A DNA stretch of 64,000 nt from Pristiophorus japonicus. Lineage: Eukaryota. How positions within the stretch are numbered: the first letter of the stretch is position 1; every line of letters begins with the position of its first letter. Positions 62,953 to 64,000 of the stretch are shown in pieces. Below the pieces are notes generated by a model. The model was not told the origin of the DNA and did no database searches. It worked only from the letters and a program-made list of their open reading frames with translations. Position numbers and translations under genes: made by a program. The DNA is taken from NCBI RefSeq assembly GCF_044704955.1, contig NC_091982.1:6634001-6698000 (forward strand), given 5' to 3'.

Positions 62953-63756
62953 AACAGCAAGGTCAATTGTTAATTTCAAATCTGAAATTGTAGATTTTTG
63001 TTAACCAAAGATAGTAAGTGATATGGAGCAAATGTGGGTATATGGAGTCAGATCACAGATCGGCCACAATCTTATTCAATGGCAGAACAAGCTCAAGGGG
63101 ATAAATGGCCTACTCCTATATGTTAATGCTGCTTTCCTCATTGTATAGGTGAGTTCCTTAACTCTTCAAATTGGTTACATTCACAGGTCATTAGCGTTCA
63201 CTGTTGAAACCATAATATTAAAAACAATTATGTTTGAAGTTAATTATTTTATTTTTGAAATTGATTTTTACAATAGAATGGAAATGGAATTATCGCTCTG
63301 ACAATACTGTTGCAGGCCATTCCACTTCTCTATCTTGTTCAAAATCACTTTCAAATCAAATCCTTAACACTTGCTTCAATAATATTAGCAAAACAAACTA
63401 ATTGGCTTTGAAGCAAAAATTAGCATAGAATTGGCCTGGCAGGTGGTAGAAAATAGCAGTCAGACGTTTAATTTTTTTTTGTTATAACCAATCTTCAAGA
63501 AAGTGATGTAGTAAAGATTAAATAATTGGAACATCTAGAACATTAGTTTGAAGCAAGGTGGTTTTAAAGGTTGCAATGGTTGGTCATGCACACTTTGTGA
63601 TGTATCTCCATGTTGGGTGCCAAAACAAAAAGTGCTGGTTCTAGAAACTGTCAAGACAGATCAATCATCAATAATAACAAATTAAATACCAGGTTTTCTT
63701 AGCTTTAGCAAGTAGTCTTTCTGGCCATGCATTCTGTATTCATTGTCTGCTTTCAG

Positions 63757-63912
63757 GCTACAGGACTGGGAGGGACTGCAGCAGCTGGTCACAATGTGGA
63801 TCAAGTAGAGACCATGGAGCCTGTGAAGGATCGAGTCATTAAAGTCACTTTCAATGCTGATGTTCATGCCAGCCTTCAATGGAACTTCAGACCTCAGCAA
63901 ACTGAAATCTAT
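63757..63912 (+). CDS. COX11: COX11 second coding exon (gene continues beyond the window)
   Basis: 156 nt, TTTCAG/GTAAGT bounded; ATGLGGTAAAGHNVDQVETMEPVKDRVIKVTFNADVHASLQWNFRPQQTEIY. Confidence 0.94.
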
Positions 63913-64000
63913 GTAAGTGAAAACAGGTGGTATTACAGGCAGCATTACAGAATAAGTTAAAGAATCATAAACCACTTAAACTTGGCTTCTGAGACCTAAT

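Overview
Repeat-dense vertebrate genomic DNA, most likely from a cartilaginous fish (inferred from the CR1/L2/Deu-SINE/Penelope repertoire and an ERV). Host genes: (1) the first two coding exons of a MORC3/MORC4-type GHKL ATPase gene (minus strand, ATG 21394), whose next intron runs >21 kb to the window start; (2) a complete 7-coding-exon RBM41 (minus, 56550->33299, 397 aa when spliced); (3) two coding exons of COX11 (plus, ATG 59965), head-to-head with RBM41 across a compact promoter with NRF1- and ZNF143/THAP11-type motifs. The rest is nested mobile DNA: many CR1 copies (two subfamilies), a decayed env-bearing ERV with its 3' LTR, a full-length decayed Gypsy element with 156-bp LTRs, L2/RTE/Penelope fragments, Deu-type SINEs, Harbinger-like MITEs, two ~2-2.5 kb purine/pyrimidine tracts and a 200-N gap. 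The most unusual item is at 45048-45605: two adjacent copies of a short retroposed element assembled from pieces of spliceosomal snRNAs (U2 5' end, U1 5' end, U2 Sm-site/3' end, short U6-like motifs). The first copy has a poly(A) tail and a 7-bp target-site duplication. It is a candidate snRNA-mosaic (SINEU-like) SINE family, lying antisense in an intron of the snRNA-binding gene RBM41. Minimal hammerhead-ribozyme motifs also occur in Penelope-derived repeats.
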